Shown here piece after piece: positions 1-10,525 of a stretch of DNA of 64,000 nt. Origin of the DNA: Waterburya sp. (GTDB taxonomy: Bacteria; Cyanobacteriota; Cyanobacteriia; Cyanobacteriales; Xenococcaceae); the NCBI GenBank assembly GCA_965217895.1, contig CBDCJV010000002.1, positions 1,792,001 to 1,856,000 of the forward strand, in the 5' to 3' direction. The first letter of the stretch is position 1. Each line of letters starts with the position of its first letter. The notes under the pieces are model-generated. The model saw only the letters and a list, made by a program, of their open reading frames with translations. It ran no database searches and was not told the origin of the DNA. Both the position numbers and the translations under genes were made by a program.

Positions 1-49
1 CACATACATTACAACCTGTTTAGTTAATCTCAAATGACAAACATCCAGC

Positions 50-86
50 AAAAAAGCCCAAGATAATTAACTAGATTGGGCTTTTT
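50..86. terminator. Intrinsic, possibly bidirectional, terminator hairpin
   Basis: AAAAAGCCCAA...TTGGGCTTTTT inverted repeat with A-run and T-run flanks. Confidence 0.65.
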
Positions 87-107
87 AATAGGTCCCTTGC
101 ACGAATA

Positions 108-284
108 ATGAAAACGATCATTAAACTTAAAATTGAAAGATTTGAAGAACAGGGACAAGAATATTTTGTCGCTACTAGTAATGATATACAAGGATTAGTT
201 GCAGAAGGGAATACAGTAGAAGAAGCAGTAGCCATAGCCGAAGATCTTGCTCATCATCTTCTAGAACTTGATCGTCAGCCATAA
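108..284 (+). CDS. HicB-family (UPF0150-like) antitoxin, 58 aa; not in the ORF track
   Basis: Manual translation MKTIIKLKIERFEEQGQEYFVATSNDIQGLVAEGNTVEEAVAIAEDLAHHLLELDRQP*; the YFVAT..DI.GL.AEG.T.EEA pattern is typical of the HicB N-terminal fold. Confidence 0.7.
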   Translation: MKTIIKLKIERFEEQGQEYFVATSNDIQGLVAEGNTVEEAVAIAEDLAHHLLELDRQP

Positions 285-291
285 AATGTAA

Positions 292-390
292 GGGCGTTGC
301 TCTAATTTAGGTAACGATACACAAAAGAGAAAAGAGTAATGTTCGTAGCTAAAATCTAAAAGCTGATAGCTAAAAGCTGATAGCTAAAAA
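292..390. repeat. Degenerate end of a GGCGTTGCT-type MITE-like repeat with AGCTGAT/AGCTAAA heptamers
   Basis: GGGCGTTGCT...AGTAATGTTCGTAGCTA resembles the reverse complement of 48190-48240 (GGGCGTTGCT...AGTAATCTGTTCGTAGCTA). Confidence 0.5.
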
Positions 391-439
391 CAAATCGGCA
401 AACAGCCTAACACCTTAACTTGTCATAAATGATTAATCA

Positions 440-1408
440 CTAACGGCTTATTTCAATTCCTCTAGACCTTAGCTGCTGCATAAAAAATTCTTCTAGAGAA
501 GGCCTTGCTTGATGAATACTAACTAACTGAGCTTCCAAATTATCCAGATTGGATACAAATTGATTTGGCTCAACTTTTAATTGACCATGCCAACGATTAT
601 TTTCATGGGTCAAATTAGTCATCCAGGGAGCTAAAGTTTCCGAACTTCCCCCAGTTACAATTGCCTGATAGGCATTACTAGTACCTAATAGTTCATCAAG
701 AGATCCCTGGCAAATTAACTCTCCCAGAGCAAGGAAGGCAATGCGATCGCAAATTTGCTCAATATCAGACAGGACATGGGAATTAAAAAAGATAGTTTTA
801 CCCTGTTGTTTAAGAGACAAAACAATTTCCCGCATTCGATAGCGTCCCATAGGATCTAATCCTGACATCGGCTCATCCAAAAACACAATTTCAGGATCGT
901 TAATCAAAGCCTGTGCCATGCCTACTCTTTGCAGCATACCTTTAGAATACTGCTTTAGTTTCTTTTTACGGGCTGTAGACTTAGCTAAACCGACTAAATC
1001 TAGTAATTCAGCAATACGTTGACGCTGAATTTTTCGTGGAATTTGGAATAACCCAGCAATAAATTCTAAAAACTCCCAGGCGGTGAGAAAATCGTAAAGA
1101 AAGGCGTTTTCGGGTAAGTAACCAATCTTTTGCTTAACAGTGCGATCGCCAATTGGTTTTCCTAAAATCACTGCCCTGCCTGTAGTTGGACGGGTAATTC
1201 CTAATAAAGTTTTGAGCAGCGTTGTTTTTCCTGCCCCATTAGGACCAAGTAAACCAAACGTTTCTCCTTGATGAATACTCAAAGAACAATTTTTTAGCGA
1301 TTCTATTTTTTGATTCATCCAAAAGCCAGTACGATAAACCTTGCCCAAATTCCAGGTTTGTACCACTGAAAGAGAATCATTAGGGGAAATTGTAGAAGGC
1401 ATAAACAA
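440..1408 (-). CDS. ABC-2 type transporter ATP-binding protein
   Basis: Walker A GPNGAGKT, signature YSKGM, Walker B FLDEP, H-loop NSH. Confidence 0.9.
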   Translation of the reverse strand: MFMPSTISPNDSLSVVQTWNLGKVYRTGFWMNQKIESLKNCSLSIHQGETFGLLGPNGAGKTTLLKTLLGITRPTTGRAVILGKPIGDRTVKQKIGYLPENAFLYDFLTAWEFLEFIAGLFQIPRKIQRQRIAELLDLVGLAKSTARKKKLKQYSKGMLQRVGMAQALINDPEIVFLDEPMSGLDPMGRYRMREIVLSLKQQGKTIFFNSHVLSDIEQICDRIAFLALGELICQGSLDELLGTSNAYQAIVTGGSSETLAPWMTNLTHENNRWHGQLKVEPNQFVSNLDNLEAQLVSIHQARPSLEEFFMQQLRSRGIEISR

Positions 1409-1618
1409 CCGTCAGTTACAAAGTATATTTGCCTTTATAGTTCCCTAAAATCGATCATTTTTTAACATTTTAATAAAAGTGTTTTAATTAAGCTCCAAAT
1501 CGAAAATTCCAATTTCCTCAACAACTCTATACTAAAAAAACAGACAATTGTGTTGGTATGTATTACTTATTGTGACTATAATTATTTAATCAAACTTAGC
1601 TTTTATTACCTCTAAGAA

Positions 1619-2761
1619 ATGAATATTTTGTTTGTAATCACCAGGGCTGATGTTATTAGAGGAGTGCAAGTTCATGTAAAAGGTTTAGCCGTTGCTTTAC
1701 AACAAGACCAACACAAAGTTTTAGTTCTTACAGGAAAAAAAGGGGCATATAACAAAGATCTTAGAGAAGCTAGAATCGAGTCAATTGCCTATAAATTCTT
1801 ACAGCGGAAAATTAATCCGTTTAGAGATGGCAAAAGTTTACGTTACATTCTGTACATAATTGATTTGTTTAAGCCAGACTTAATCGCTGCCCATTCAAGC
1901 AAAGCTGGTATCTTAGGTCGTATAGCAGGAAAAATGAGCAAAGTTCCTTGTATTTTTACGGCTCATGGTTGGTCATTTACTCCTGGCATTGGTGAGCCTA
2001 ATCGTACTATTTACCGATGGGTAGAAAAATTAATTGTTCCTTTAGCGACTAAAGTGATTTGCGTTTCTGAGTTTGATCGTCAAATTGGCTTAGAAGCGGG
2101 GCTTAATCCCCAAAAGTTGTTAACCGTTCATAACGGCATGAAAGATATTGTTTCCAAGTTGAGGTCTAACCCTGGTCAAGTTGGTTCAGTTAACATTGCC
2201 AGAGACGACGACGACGAATTAGATTCGTCATCCCTGGTGGTTAAAATAGCCATGGTTGCTCGTTTTGATCGACAAAAAGACCAATTAATCTTAATTAAAG
2301 CTTGTCATGGTCTTAATGTAGAGCTAATTTTAGTGGGTGACGGTGTTAATTTAGCTAAAGCTCGCCAACAAGTAGAGCAGTTAAAAATGCAAGATCGGGT
2401 CAAGTTTTTAGGCTTTCGTAAAGATATAGCCGAAATTTTGGCACGAGTACAAATTTTGACCTTAATTTCTAATTGGGAAGGGTTGCCCTGTACGATCATT
2501 GAGGCAATGCGCGCTGGTTTACCCGTCATAGCCTCCGATGTAGTTGGTGTCAAAGAAATTGTCATTGAAAATGAAACAGGCTATTTGATTTCTGACAACG
2601 ACCCTGACATTCTGCGTCAGAAGTTATCCTATTTAATCGATAATAGCCAGATAAGAACTCGTATGGGAAAATTAGCCCGTCAAAGATATGAGTCTCAACT
2701 AACGTTTAAACATATGTATGATAAGACCTTGGCAATATATCAAGATGCCGTAGCTCAATAG
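1619..2761 (+). CDS. Glycosyltransferase family 4 (GT-B)
   Basis: HSSKAG, FTAHGW, VARFDRQKDQ and EGLPCTIIEAM (EX7E) motifs. Confidence 0.9.
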   Translation: MNILFVITRADVIRGVQVHVKGLAVALQQDQHKVLVLTGKKGAYNKDLREARIESIAYKFLQRKINPFRDGKSLRYILYIIDLFKPDLIAAHSSKAGILGRIAGKMSKVPCIFTAHGWSFTPGIGEPNRTIYRWVEKLIVPLATKVICVSEFDRQIGLEAGLNPQKLLTVHNGMKDIVSKLRSNPGQVGSVNIARDDDDELDSSSLVVKIAMVARFDRQKDQLILIKACHGLNVELILVGDGVNLAKARQQVEQLKMQDRVKFLGFRKDIAEILARVQILTLISNWEGLPCTIIEAMRAGLPVIASDVVGVKEIVIENETGYLISDNDPDILRQKLSYLIDNSQIRTRMGKLARQRYESQLTFKHMYDKTLAIYQDAVAQ

Positions 2762-2794
2762 CCCCGATCTAAAAAACAACTACCAAAAATCTCA

Positions 2795-3925
2795 GTGAAA
2801 CAGCCAATCCTATTATCTACGCCTCATATTGGTGAACTTGAGCTAAAGTTTGTCCAGGAAGCTTTTGATACTAATTGGGTAGCACCCGTCGGTTCAAATA
2901 TAGATGCTTTTGAACAAGAATTTTCCCAAGCAGTTGGCTCACAGTCTGCTGCTGCCTTATCTTCTGGAACAGCAGCTTTGCATTTAGCCCTCAAGTTAGT
3001 CGGAGTTGAAGCTGGTGACGAGGTATTTTGTTCGACGTTCACTTTTGTGGCTAGTGCCAGTCCAATTATCTATTTAGGAGCTAAACCAGTATTCATTGAC
3101 AGCGATCGCCTTTCTTGGAATATGGATCCTAATTTGCTAGAAACCGCCTTAGCCAAAAGAGACAAACTGGGAAAATTGCCCAAGGCAGTAGTGGTAGTGC
3201 ATCTTTATGGTCAGAGTGCCGACATTGAGCCAATCTTGGCAATATGCGATCGCTATGATATTCCCTTAGTTGAAGATGCAGCAGAAGCCTTGGGAGCAAC
3301 TTATAAAAATACCTCTCCTGGCACTTGGGGTAAAGCGGGAATTTTCTCTTTCAATGGTAATAAAATTATTACCACTTCTGGAGGTGGGATGTTAGTTTCT
3401 GACGATGCAGACTTAATTCAAAAAGCCAAATTTTTAGCAACCCAGGCAAGAGATCCTCAACCTCACTATGAACATACCGAGATCGGTTTTAATTATCGAT
3501 TAAGCAACATTTCGGCAGGTATTGGTAGAGGACAATTAGCAGTATTAAAAGATAGAGTTGCTGCTCGTAGACGAAATTTTGCAGTTTATCAACAGAATTT
3601 AGCAGATTTGCCAGGAATTAAATTTATGCCCGAAGCAAATTTTGGTACAAGTATACGCTGGCTTAGTTGTTTAACAATTGATCCTGAAATTTCAGGCACG
3701 GATCGAGAACAAATACGTCTACAATTGCTAGACAAACAGATAGAAACTAGACCAGTTTGGAAGCCAATGCACCTCCAGCCGATATTTGCAGATTGTGAAT
3801 GTATTAATAATGGAGTAGCCGAAGAACTATTTCAACAAGGTTTGTGCTTACCTTCTGGCTCTAACCTAACTGAGTCAGACCTTGAACGAGTAATTACTGA
3901 AGTTAAAAGTATGTTTGCCTCTTGA
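2795..3925 (+). CDS. DegT/DnrJ/EryC1/StrS (PglE/EpsN-like) PLP-dependent sugar aminotransferase
   Basis: SSGTAALHLAL, EDAAEALG, SFNGNKIITTSGGG (PLP lysine), CLPSGS. Confidence 0.92.
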   Translation: MKQPILLSTPHIGELELKFVQEAFDTNWVAPVGSNIDAFEQEFSQAVGSQSAAALSSGTAALHLALKLVGVEAGDEVFCSTFTFVASASPIIYLGAKPVFIDSDRLSWNMDPNLLETALAKRDKLGKLPKAVVVVHLYGQSADIEPILAICDRYDIPLVEDAAEALGATYKNTSPGTWGKAGIFSFNGNKIITTSGGGMLVSDDADLIQKAKFLATQARDPQPHYEHTEIGFNYRLSNISAGIGRGQLAVLKDRVAARRRNFAVYQQNLADLPGIKFMPEANFGTSIRWLSCLTIDPEISGTDREQIRLQLLDKQIETRPVWKPMHLQPIFADCECINNGVAEELFQQGLCLPSGSNLTESDLERVITEVKSMFAS

Positions 3926-4034
3926 TGAAATCTTGCTTATTATTCCGCTATTATAATTTGAGTAGTTTTACGTATGTATTTTTCTTTAAATATTTTAAAT
4001 ATCACTATTTAGATATAACTATTAAATATTAAGC

Positions 4035-6644
4035 ATGAACCCCCCACAAACGTCTTTAGATAATCAACAGTATTGGCAGATGATAAAAAGGCGTTGGCTG
4101 CCTGGGTCAATTGTTTTTTTAATCATATTAACTTTGGGTATTGTTGCGACTACTCTAAAGAAAAACTTTTATGAGGCTGAAGCAAGGCTTAAATTTAAAG
4201 GTAACACCGTTAGCTCTTCTTTGACAGAGGTTAGTAAAGCTTTAGAGGGCTTCTCACCAATTGCAGAGAAAGGAAATCCTATTGACACAGAAGCAGAGGT
4301 TTTACGTTCGGTTCCCTTGATTAGCAAAACTATTAACGATCCTAAGCTTCAGTTGAAAGATGCTGATGGCAAAAAGCTCAAAGTTGAAGATTTTCTAGAA
4401 AAATTAAAAGTTTCCTCGATAACTGCTACAGATATTCTCAAGATTTCCTATGCTAGTCAGAATCCAGAGCAAGCTGCCTTAGTGGTTAACACTTTGGTCA
4501 AAAATTATTTAGGTAATAATTTAATAGTTAATAAAGCTGAAGCAGTTTCAGCTAGAGAGTTTTTGCAAGAACAACTACCGAAGGCAGAAGATTCTCTACG
4601 CAAAACTGAAACAAAAATACGGGAATTAAAAGAATCAAATGGATTTGTCTCTCCTGATGAAAATACTAGCTCCTTAATTCAGGGAATGCAGCAGCTACAG
4701 GCAGAAATAGCCCAAACTCGTGGAGAAATGGCTAATGCTGAATCTCAAGCTGACTATATTAAAAAAAAGCTGGGTTTGACCGCAGAACAGGCGGTGGCTC
4801 TAACTACAATTAGCCAATCTCCAGCAATTAAAGAGACGATATCTAAACTGCAAAATGCAGAATCCGCTCTGGCGATCGCCAGAGCGCGTTTTACAGATAA
4901 TAGTCCGAATGTAGTTGAACTACAACAGCAGGTAGATTCACTGTCAAAATTACTCAATCGACAAACCGCTTCTGTTGGCGGAGAGACAGCAAGAGATCTG
5001 GTAGAAAAGAATAAGACAGGTGTAATTCAAGAAGAACTTACCACCGAGCTAATTCAGCTCGAAGCTCGAAAATCTGGTCTGCAAAAGCAAATTGACAGCT
5101 TAAGCCAGGTTGAGGGCGATCGCCGTGCGAGAATCCAGAAAGTACCAGAGCTAGAGCAAAAGTTAAGTCAGCTTGAAAGACAGCAAACTTCGTATCAGTC
5201 AACCTACGATGTTTTGTGGAAACAGCTACAAACTATAAAAATTGCTGAAGTTCAAGATCCTGGAAACGTTAGGGTGATTTCTAATGCCGTTGTTCCCGAT
5301 CAGCCAGTCTCTTCTCGTGCAGTAGGCTTTTTAGCTGCTGGCTCTCTAGCCTTATTATCCGCAGCTGGAGTTATTTATCTTTTAGAAATTAGTGATAAAT
5401 CAATTAAAACCATTGACGAAGCCAAACAACTATATGGTTATACCTCTTTAGGGATAATTCCAGGCACAGACAGAATCAAACTATTGACTTTACCAGAATT
5501 AGAAGATCGAGATCCCTCCATTCCTAAATTAATAGTCCGAGACTATCCTTCTTTAGCACTCAGTGAGTCCTATCGGATGTTGCAGTCTAATATTAAGTCT
5601 CTAAAGACTGATAGAAAGGTAAAAACTATTGTCATTACAAGTTCTAGCGTGCAGGAAGGCAAATCAACAATAGCTGCCAACTTAGCAGCAGCAATGGCTC
5701 AAGTAGGCAATAGAGTTTTATTGGTTGATGCTAATTTACATAATCCTATTCAAGATCGTATTTGGAATACTTATAGCGACAATGGCTTAAGTAATGTAAT
5801 TACCGATCACTTAGATCCCAAAATGACTATTAATGAAGTAATGCCAAATTTAGACTTGCTTACTTCAGGAAGTTTAAATCCCTCTCCTGCAACTTTACTA
5901 GATTCTCAAAGAATGAGAATGTTGATCGATTACTGGTCAGAAAGCTATGACTTTGTAATTTTTGATACTCCTTCTTTAGATTTAACTGCCGATGCTCCAA
6001 TCATGGGTCGTATGGCTGACGGAGTGTTGTTAGTAGTTAGACCTGGTTTAGTAGAGCGATCGCAGGCAAAATTCACCAAAGAAATTTTAGAGCAATCAGG
6101 ACTCAATATGTTAGGAATTGTCTTTAATGGAGTTGAGCCTCAATTTGATTCACGCTTTTACTACTACAATGCTTTTGAAGAGCCGCCAGCTATACTGTCC
6201 CATAACAAACTTTCAAGCATTAGCCCGATAGAAAATGAAGAGCTTTGGGATACTATTTCTTCTATGGCAATAGAGTCCAAAAAAGATAGATTAGGTGCCA
6301 ACCTTGACGCAGATCAGCTGCTATTAGCACCATTGGATAAGCTAGAGTCAATGGTATTTCATTTACAGCAAGATCTAGCAGATTTAAGTAGAGTGGTCAA
6401 AGAACAAGAAGAAGAACTTTTATTGCAGCGTCAGAAAGTCAAAAAATTGCAACGACAAGCTAATGTCTCTCATGAAAATGAACTTTTCTATTCAGAAAAT
6501 CAATTAAATCAGGAGCAAGAACGAAAACGTATGCTGGATGAAACTCTTGTAGGACAAAGGAGAAACCTGGAAAAACGTCGAGAAATGCTTTTCCAGTATC
6601 AGCAAGTGCTAGAAAGCAGAAAAAATGCTAGTTTTCGAGTCTAG
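4035..6644 (+). CDS. GumC/Wzc polysaccharide co-polymerase / BY-kinase with an extra HmpF-like C-terminal coiled coil
   Basis: N-terminal TM, periplasmic coiled coil, second TM, Walker A-like EGKS, VDAN, FDTP, Tyr cluster FYYYN, then about 150 additional aa. Confidence 0.88.
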   Translation: MNPPQTSLDNQQYWQMIKRRWLPGSIVFLIILTLGIVATTLKKNFYEAEARLKFKGNTVSSSLTEVSKALEGFSPIAEKGNPIDTEAEVLRSVPLISKTINDPKLQLKDADGKKLKVEDFLEKLKVSSITATDILKISYASQNPEQAALVVNTLVKNYLGNNLIVNKAEAVSAREFLQEQLPKAEDSLRKTETKIRELKESNGFVSPDENTSSLIQGMQQLQAEIAQTRGEMANAESQADYIKKKLGLTAEQAVALTTISQSPAIKETISKLQNAESALAIARARFTDNSPNVVELQQQVDSLSKLLNRQTASVGGETARDLVEKNKTGVIQEELTTELIQLEARKSGLQKQIDSLSQVEGDRRARIQKVPELEQKLSQLERQQTSYQSTYDVLWKQLQTIKIAEVQDPGNVRVISNAVVPDQPVSSRAVGFLAAGSLALLSAAGVIYLLEISDKSIKTIDEAKQLYGYTSLGIIPGTDRIKLLTLPELEDRDPSIPKLIVRDYPSLALSESYRMLQSNIKSLKTDRKVKTIVITSSSVQEGKSTIAANLAAAMAQVGNRVLLVDANLHNPIQDRIWNTYSDNGLSNVITDHLDPKMTINEVMPNLDLLTSGSLNPSPATLLDSQRMRMLIDYWSESYDFVIFDTPSLDLTADAPIMGRMADGVLLVVRPGLVERSQAKFTKEILEQSGLNMLGIVFNGVEPQFDSRFYYYNAFEEPPAILSHNKLSSISPIENEELWDTISSMAIESKKDRLGANLDADQLLLAPLDKLESMVFHLQQDLADLSRVVKEQEEELLLQRQKVKKLQRQANVSHENELFYSENQLNQEQERKRMLDETLVGQRRNLEKRREMLFQYQQVLESRKNASFRV

Positions 6645-6668
6645 TTATTGATTTCTTTTAGCTTGGTG

Positions 6669-7892
6669 CTATAAATAAAACTCCGTTTTGGCGATCGCCA
6701 CAGCTTTTAATTCAAAGATTTTTTCAATTACGTCAGCCACAACTTTATCAGGGGTAGAAGCACCTGAAGTTATTCCTACGGTAATTTCCCCTTCTGGTAG
6801 CCAGTTTTCGGCTACGGTAATTTCTCGCTCTAAAGGCTTATGTTCTAAGCGATCGCGACTTAGAATACGCTCAACGCAGTCAATATGATAAGAGGGTATA
6901 TTATGCTCAACAGCAATTTCTTGTAGATGAGTAGTATTAGAAGAATTAAACCCCCCAATCACAATCATTAAAGACAAGTTTTCTTCAACCAAATCAAACA
7001 TGGCATCTTGCCTTTCTTGAGTCGCATCGCAGATAGTATTAAAGCTCATAAAATGCTGCGTTAACTCAGTTGGACCATACTTTTTCAGCATTGTTTGCTC
7101 TAAAAGCCTACCAATTTGCTCTGTTTCACTTTTGAGCATCGTAGTTTGATTAGCGATACCAACTCTAACCAAATCTCGGTTAGGATCGAAACCATCAGAA
7201 TAAGCGTTTTTAAACTTAGTTAAAAATTCATGGCGATCGCCGCCATGAAGAATATAGTTAGTCACATATTCAGCCTCTGCTAAATTTAAGACAACTAGAT
7301 AGCGATCGGCAAACGAACTTGTCGCCACAGTTTCCTCATGAGCATATTTGCCATGAATAATTGAAGTGTAGTCCCGTTTTTTATGCTTTTCTACCGAATT
7401 CCAAACTTTTGATACCCAAGGACAGGTAGTATCAACAATAGTGCAGCTTTTATCATTCAGTAGCTGCATCTCCGAAACACTTGCACCAAAAGCAGGTAGA
7501 ATAACCACGTCTGTTTGACCAACAACGCTAAAATCTTTTTCACCATCAACTAATTCAATAAAGTCAACGTTCATTTCTCTCAGACGTTGATTAACTGAAG
7601 GATTGTGAATAATCTCGTTGGTAATCCAAATTTTTTCGCTGGGGAAATGCTGGCGAGTTTCGTAAGCCATAGCCACGGCTCTTTCTACTCCCCAACAAAA
7701 GCCAAAAGATTCGGCTAGAAGAATAGTAACATCTCCTTTTTGTAGACGATAGTTGCGATCGCGAATGGTTTGAATTAAATCACTTTGATACTCCGTATTC
7801 ATTGTTCCAGCTACTTCTTCATCGTGTCCAAATCCTCGACGATGATAGTTTTGGGACTGTTGCAAAGAACGTTTAAAAGCTTTAGTATCCAT
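6669..7892 (-). CDS. ispH: 4-hydroxy-3-methylbut-2-enyl diphosphate reductase
   Basis: [39 protein letters not shown]. Confidence 0.97.
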   Translation of the reverse strand: MDTKAFKRSLQQSQNYHRRGFGHDEEVAGTMNTEYQSDLIQTIRDRNYRLQKGDVTILLAESFGFCWGVERAVAMAYETRQHFPSEKIWITNEIIHNPSVNQRLREMNVDFIELVDGEKDFSVVGQTDVVILPAFGASVSEMQLLNDKSCTIVDTTCPWVSKVWNSVEKHKKRDYTSIIHGKYAHEETVATSSFADRYLVVLNLAEAEYVTNYILHGGDRHEFLTKFKNAYSDGFDPNRDLVRVGIANQTTMLKSETEQIGRLLEQTMLKKYGPTELTQHFMSFNTICDATQERQDAMFDLVEENLSLMIVIGGFNSSNTTHLQEIAVEHNIPSYHIDCVERILSRDRLEHKPLEREITVAENWLPEGEITVGITSGASTPDKVVADVIEKIFELKAVAIAKTEFYL

Positions 7893-7971
7893 TTTTATAT
7901 CAGTCTATTTTTAAATAAAAGTGATTGTATCTATATTAAATCCAATTCAGGTAGGTTACTTAACTTTTAGA

Positions 7972-8012
7972 TAGTTTGTAGTAAGTAGTTTTTCACTACT
8001 AACTACAAACTA
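7972..8012. repeat. Palindrome built from heptamer (STRR-like) units; possible terminator
   Basis: TAGTTTGTAGTAAGTAGT-loop-ACTACTAACTACAAACTA, one mismatch in the stem. Confidence 0.6.
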
Positions 8013-8040
8013 ATAGATAACTGTTAAATTGGCTTAGTGC

Positions 8041-8931
8041 TTAAAAAATTGCTGCTAGATCAGTTTGCTTGAGAAAATCAATAAATGCCCAGACTGCATG
8101 GGATAAATCTGCGTCTTTAGGAGTAGCCATAACCACAATGCGCTGTAAGGGTTTAGGAAGCTGGCATACAGTTACACCCTGGGGAATATGAAATACAGAT
8201 AGCTGAGGTAAAATGGCTGCACCCGAACCTGCTGCTACTAAATTGATGATTGTGTCACTTTCTCGAACTTGTTCTGATGGTAGAAACTGGTAATTTTCAG
8301 CTTCAAAGTAGCTTTTAATTTGTCTAAAACAGGTATTTTGATTCGGATAAGAAATAATCGGCAAAGCTAATAACTCTGTCCAGCTAATTTTACTCATCTT
8401 AACCAGGGAAAATTTATTAGATGGTAGCAAGACAATATAATCATCTCGCAATACTTCTCTAACTTCGAGTTCTTTAGCGGTGGGTAAAATAGTAAAACCG
8501 AGGTCGGCTTTGCCTGACCATACCATTTGTTCTACTTGGGGACAGTCTTTTTCTTCCGTGATTTTAATCTCGATCTGAGGATATTTAATTTTAAAGCGGG
8601 CTTTTATTTTGGGCAATAATTGAGATGCTGCACCACGAAAAGCCGAAATTCTAACCGTACCTCCCTCAAGGCTTTTATAGCGATTGGCTTCTTGCTTAAT
8701 ATCTTCAACTGATTTTAAAATGCGATCGCAATGAGCTAAAACGCTTTCACCAACAGGGGTAAGATTGACACCTTTTTGGCTTCTAAACAGTAACTGTACC
8801 CCCAAATCATTTTCCAAAGTTGCGATCGCATGACTCACCGTAGGCTGAGTTAAATCTAACTCCATCGCTGCCTGACTAAATTTGCCACATTTAGCTACTG
8901 CCACAAACGACCTGATTTGAGAAAGTTTCAT
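8041..8931 (-). CDS. LysR-family transcriptional regulator
   Basis: N-terminal HTH FSQAAMELDLTQPTVSHAIATLE...LLFRS plus a substrate-binding domain. Confidence 0.93.
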   Translation of the reverse strand: MKLSQIRSFVAVAKCGKFSQAAMELDLTQPTVSHAIATLENDLGVQLLFRSQKGVNLTPVGESVLAHCDRILKSVEDIKQEANRYKSLEGGTVRISAFRGAASQLLPKIKARFKIKYPQIEIKITEEKDCPQVEQMVWSGKADLGFTILPTAKELEVREVLRDDYIVLLPSNKFSLVKMSKISWTELLALPIISYPNQNTCFRQIKSYFEAENYQFLPSEQVRESDTIINLVAAGSGAAILPQLSVFHIPQGVTVCQLPKPLQRIVVMATPKDADLSHAVWAFIDFLKQTDLAAIF

Positions 8932-8961
8932 GTCTTATATCCAGATCACTATCTTTGCCAA

Positions 8962-10386
8962 TTAATCACTCTTCCAAGTACCATGAAAACTATGGGGAAT
9001 TACAGATGGCAAAGCAAGACGACACACAGGCGGTTCAAAAAGGCGATCGCTTTGATAAATTCTGACTTCACTTTGATTTATATTGCCGTCAAATACAATG
9101 GTTATTAACCAACCATGTTCTGAATCATCTTGACGCGAAACCAAAATTGGTTCAGAAGGATAACAATTATCGCCCATATCGGCGATCGCCATATTACTAG
9201 TTTGACGATCAAAACAGGCGATCGCCTGAAATAATTCTTGACCAGATTTTACGCCGTAACGATGGACGTTTAAATAGGTATAACGCCAATCTTGTCCTAT
9301 CTTTGATGGTGCAACTAGGGGAAATTCTCCCGCAGCATTGGATATTTGCTTGTTGCTAATCACCTCGGCAGTTTGAGGATCGATAGTCAGTGACCATAAA
9401 GTTCCTTTAGAGGGAGTTTCGGTGTAGCCAGATGCTACTTCTTTTAAATACTGATTAGTGTCAAAGTTTTCAAAGCGAGTAAATTCAGTGACAATATTTC
9501 CTTCATTGTTGACATAGCCGTTGGCAAAGTGCCACTGAAACCAGGGATCGGTTTTACCCTGACTGACTAAAGATAAATCGTCTTTGGCAAAAATTAAAAT
9601 CTCTGTACCTAATTCGGGCTTCCATTCAAGGGAATCACTATAGCTTTTTTGTCCTAGGGCAACAAGGACAAGATTGACTCTTACAGGAGAAACCAAAAAG
9701 ACTAAATACTCACCTGCCAAACAAAAATCATGGATCAAAGGCAGTCCAGACAGAGTGTGAGAAGTTTGCTGCTCAAGTTTACCCGTAGAGTCGCAACGAT
9801 AAAGATTGAGAGTGCTGTTTGCTCCTCCACGAACTCCGTGATTAAATATTTTGCCTGTCACGGGGTCAACTTTTGGGTGTGCCGAAAAGGGCTGCTTTTC
9901 TCCTAAGCCAGATAGAGTATCTGTGCCAATAGTAGCCAAAGTATCTAAATCTAAAGCATGAGGCTTACCACCTTCCCAAAGAGCCAATAAACGGTCTGAT
10001 AATGCCAAAACTGATGTATTGGCAGCATTTTTAAGTGGCTTAAACCAATTATTCCAAAATGCACCTGCTGCCGTCATGCCATAGTTAGGATAAATAAAGG
10101 CATTTTCTTTTTGCTCGTCCACATATCCTGCGGTTTGTACATAACGATACATCCCTGTTACTCCAGAATCAGTAAAATCGACCTTGAGAATAGCTCCATC
10201 GCCGTCAAACCAATGCCCAACTTTTTGTTCGCTTCTAGATAGCCTAGCAGGACCGTTACGGTATAAAGTACCTTTTAGGTCGGTAGGAATTTCTCCTTCA
10301 ATGATTGATAGAGAAGTAGAATCAAATTCCGTAGCGGGTGTGGCGATCGCTTTTGACCAAGCTTTTTGTTTAGATGAGGTGATCAT
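8962..10386 (-). CDS. Carotenoid oxygenase / lignostilbene dioxygenase family (RPE65-like)
   Basis: YRNGP, HWFDGDG, SAHPK, IHDF, HFAN, EP, HSFHGTW iron-ligand motifs. Confidence 0.92.
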   Translation of the reverse strand: MITSSKQKAWSKAIATPATEFDSTSLSIIEGEIPTDLKGTLYRNGPARLSRSEQKVGHWFDGDGAILKVDFTDSGVTGMYRYVQTAGYVDEQKENAFIYPNYGMTAAGAFWNNWFKPLKNAANTSVLALSDRLLALWEGGKPHALDLDTLATIGTDTLSGLGEKQPFSAHPKVDPVTGKIFNHGVRGGANSTLNLYRCDSTGKLEQQTSHTLSGLPLIHDFCLAGEYLVFLVSPVRVNLVLVALGQKSYSDSLEWKPELGTEILIFAKDDLSLVSQGKTDPWFQWHFANGYVNNEGNIVTEFTRFENFDTNQYLKEVASGYTETPSKGTLWSLTIDPQTAEVISNKQISNAAGEFPLVAPSKIGQDWRYTYLNVHRYGVKSGQELFQAIACFDRQTSNMAIADMGDNCYPSEPILVSRQDDSEHGWLITIVFDGNINQSEVRIYQSDRLFEPPVCRLALPSVIPHSFHGTWKSD

Positions 10387-10525
10387 TAGCTGCTTTTATG
10401 TTTTTATAACTAATTCAAAAGGTGTAGACCAGCGGACAACGGTATACTATCAATGATAACGTTAAAAATTGTATAAGCTCTAAGTGTAGTTTGAGATTAG
10501 CTTAATCTAAATATCATATACAAAC

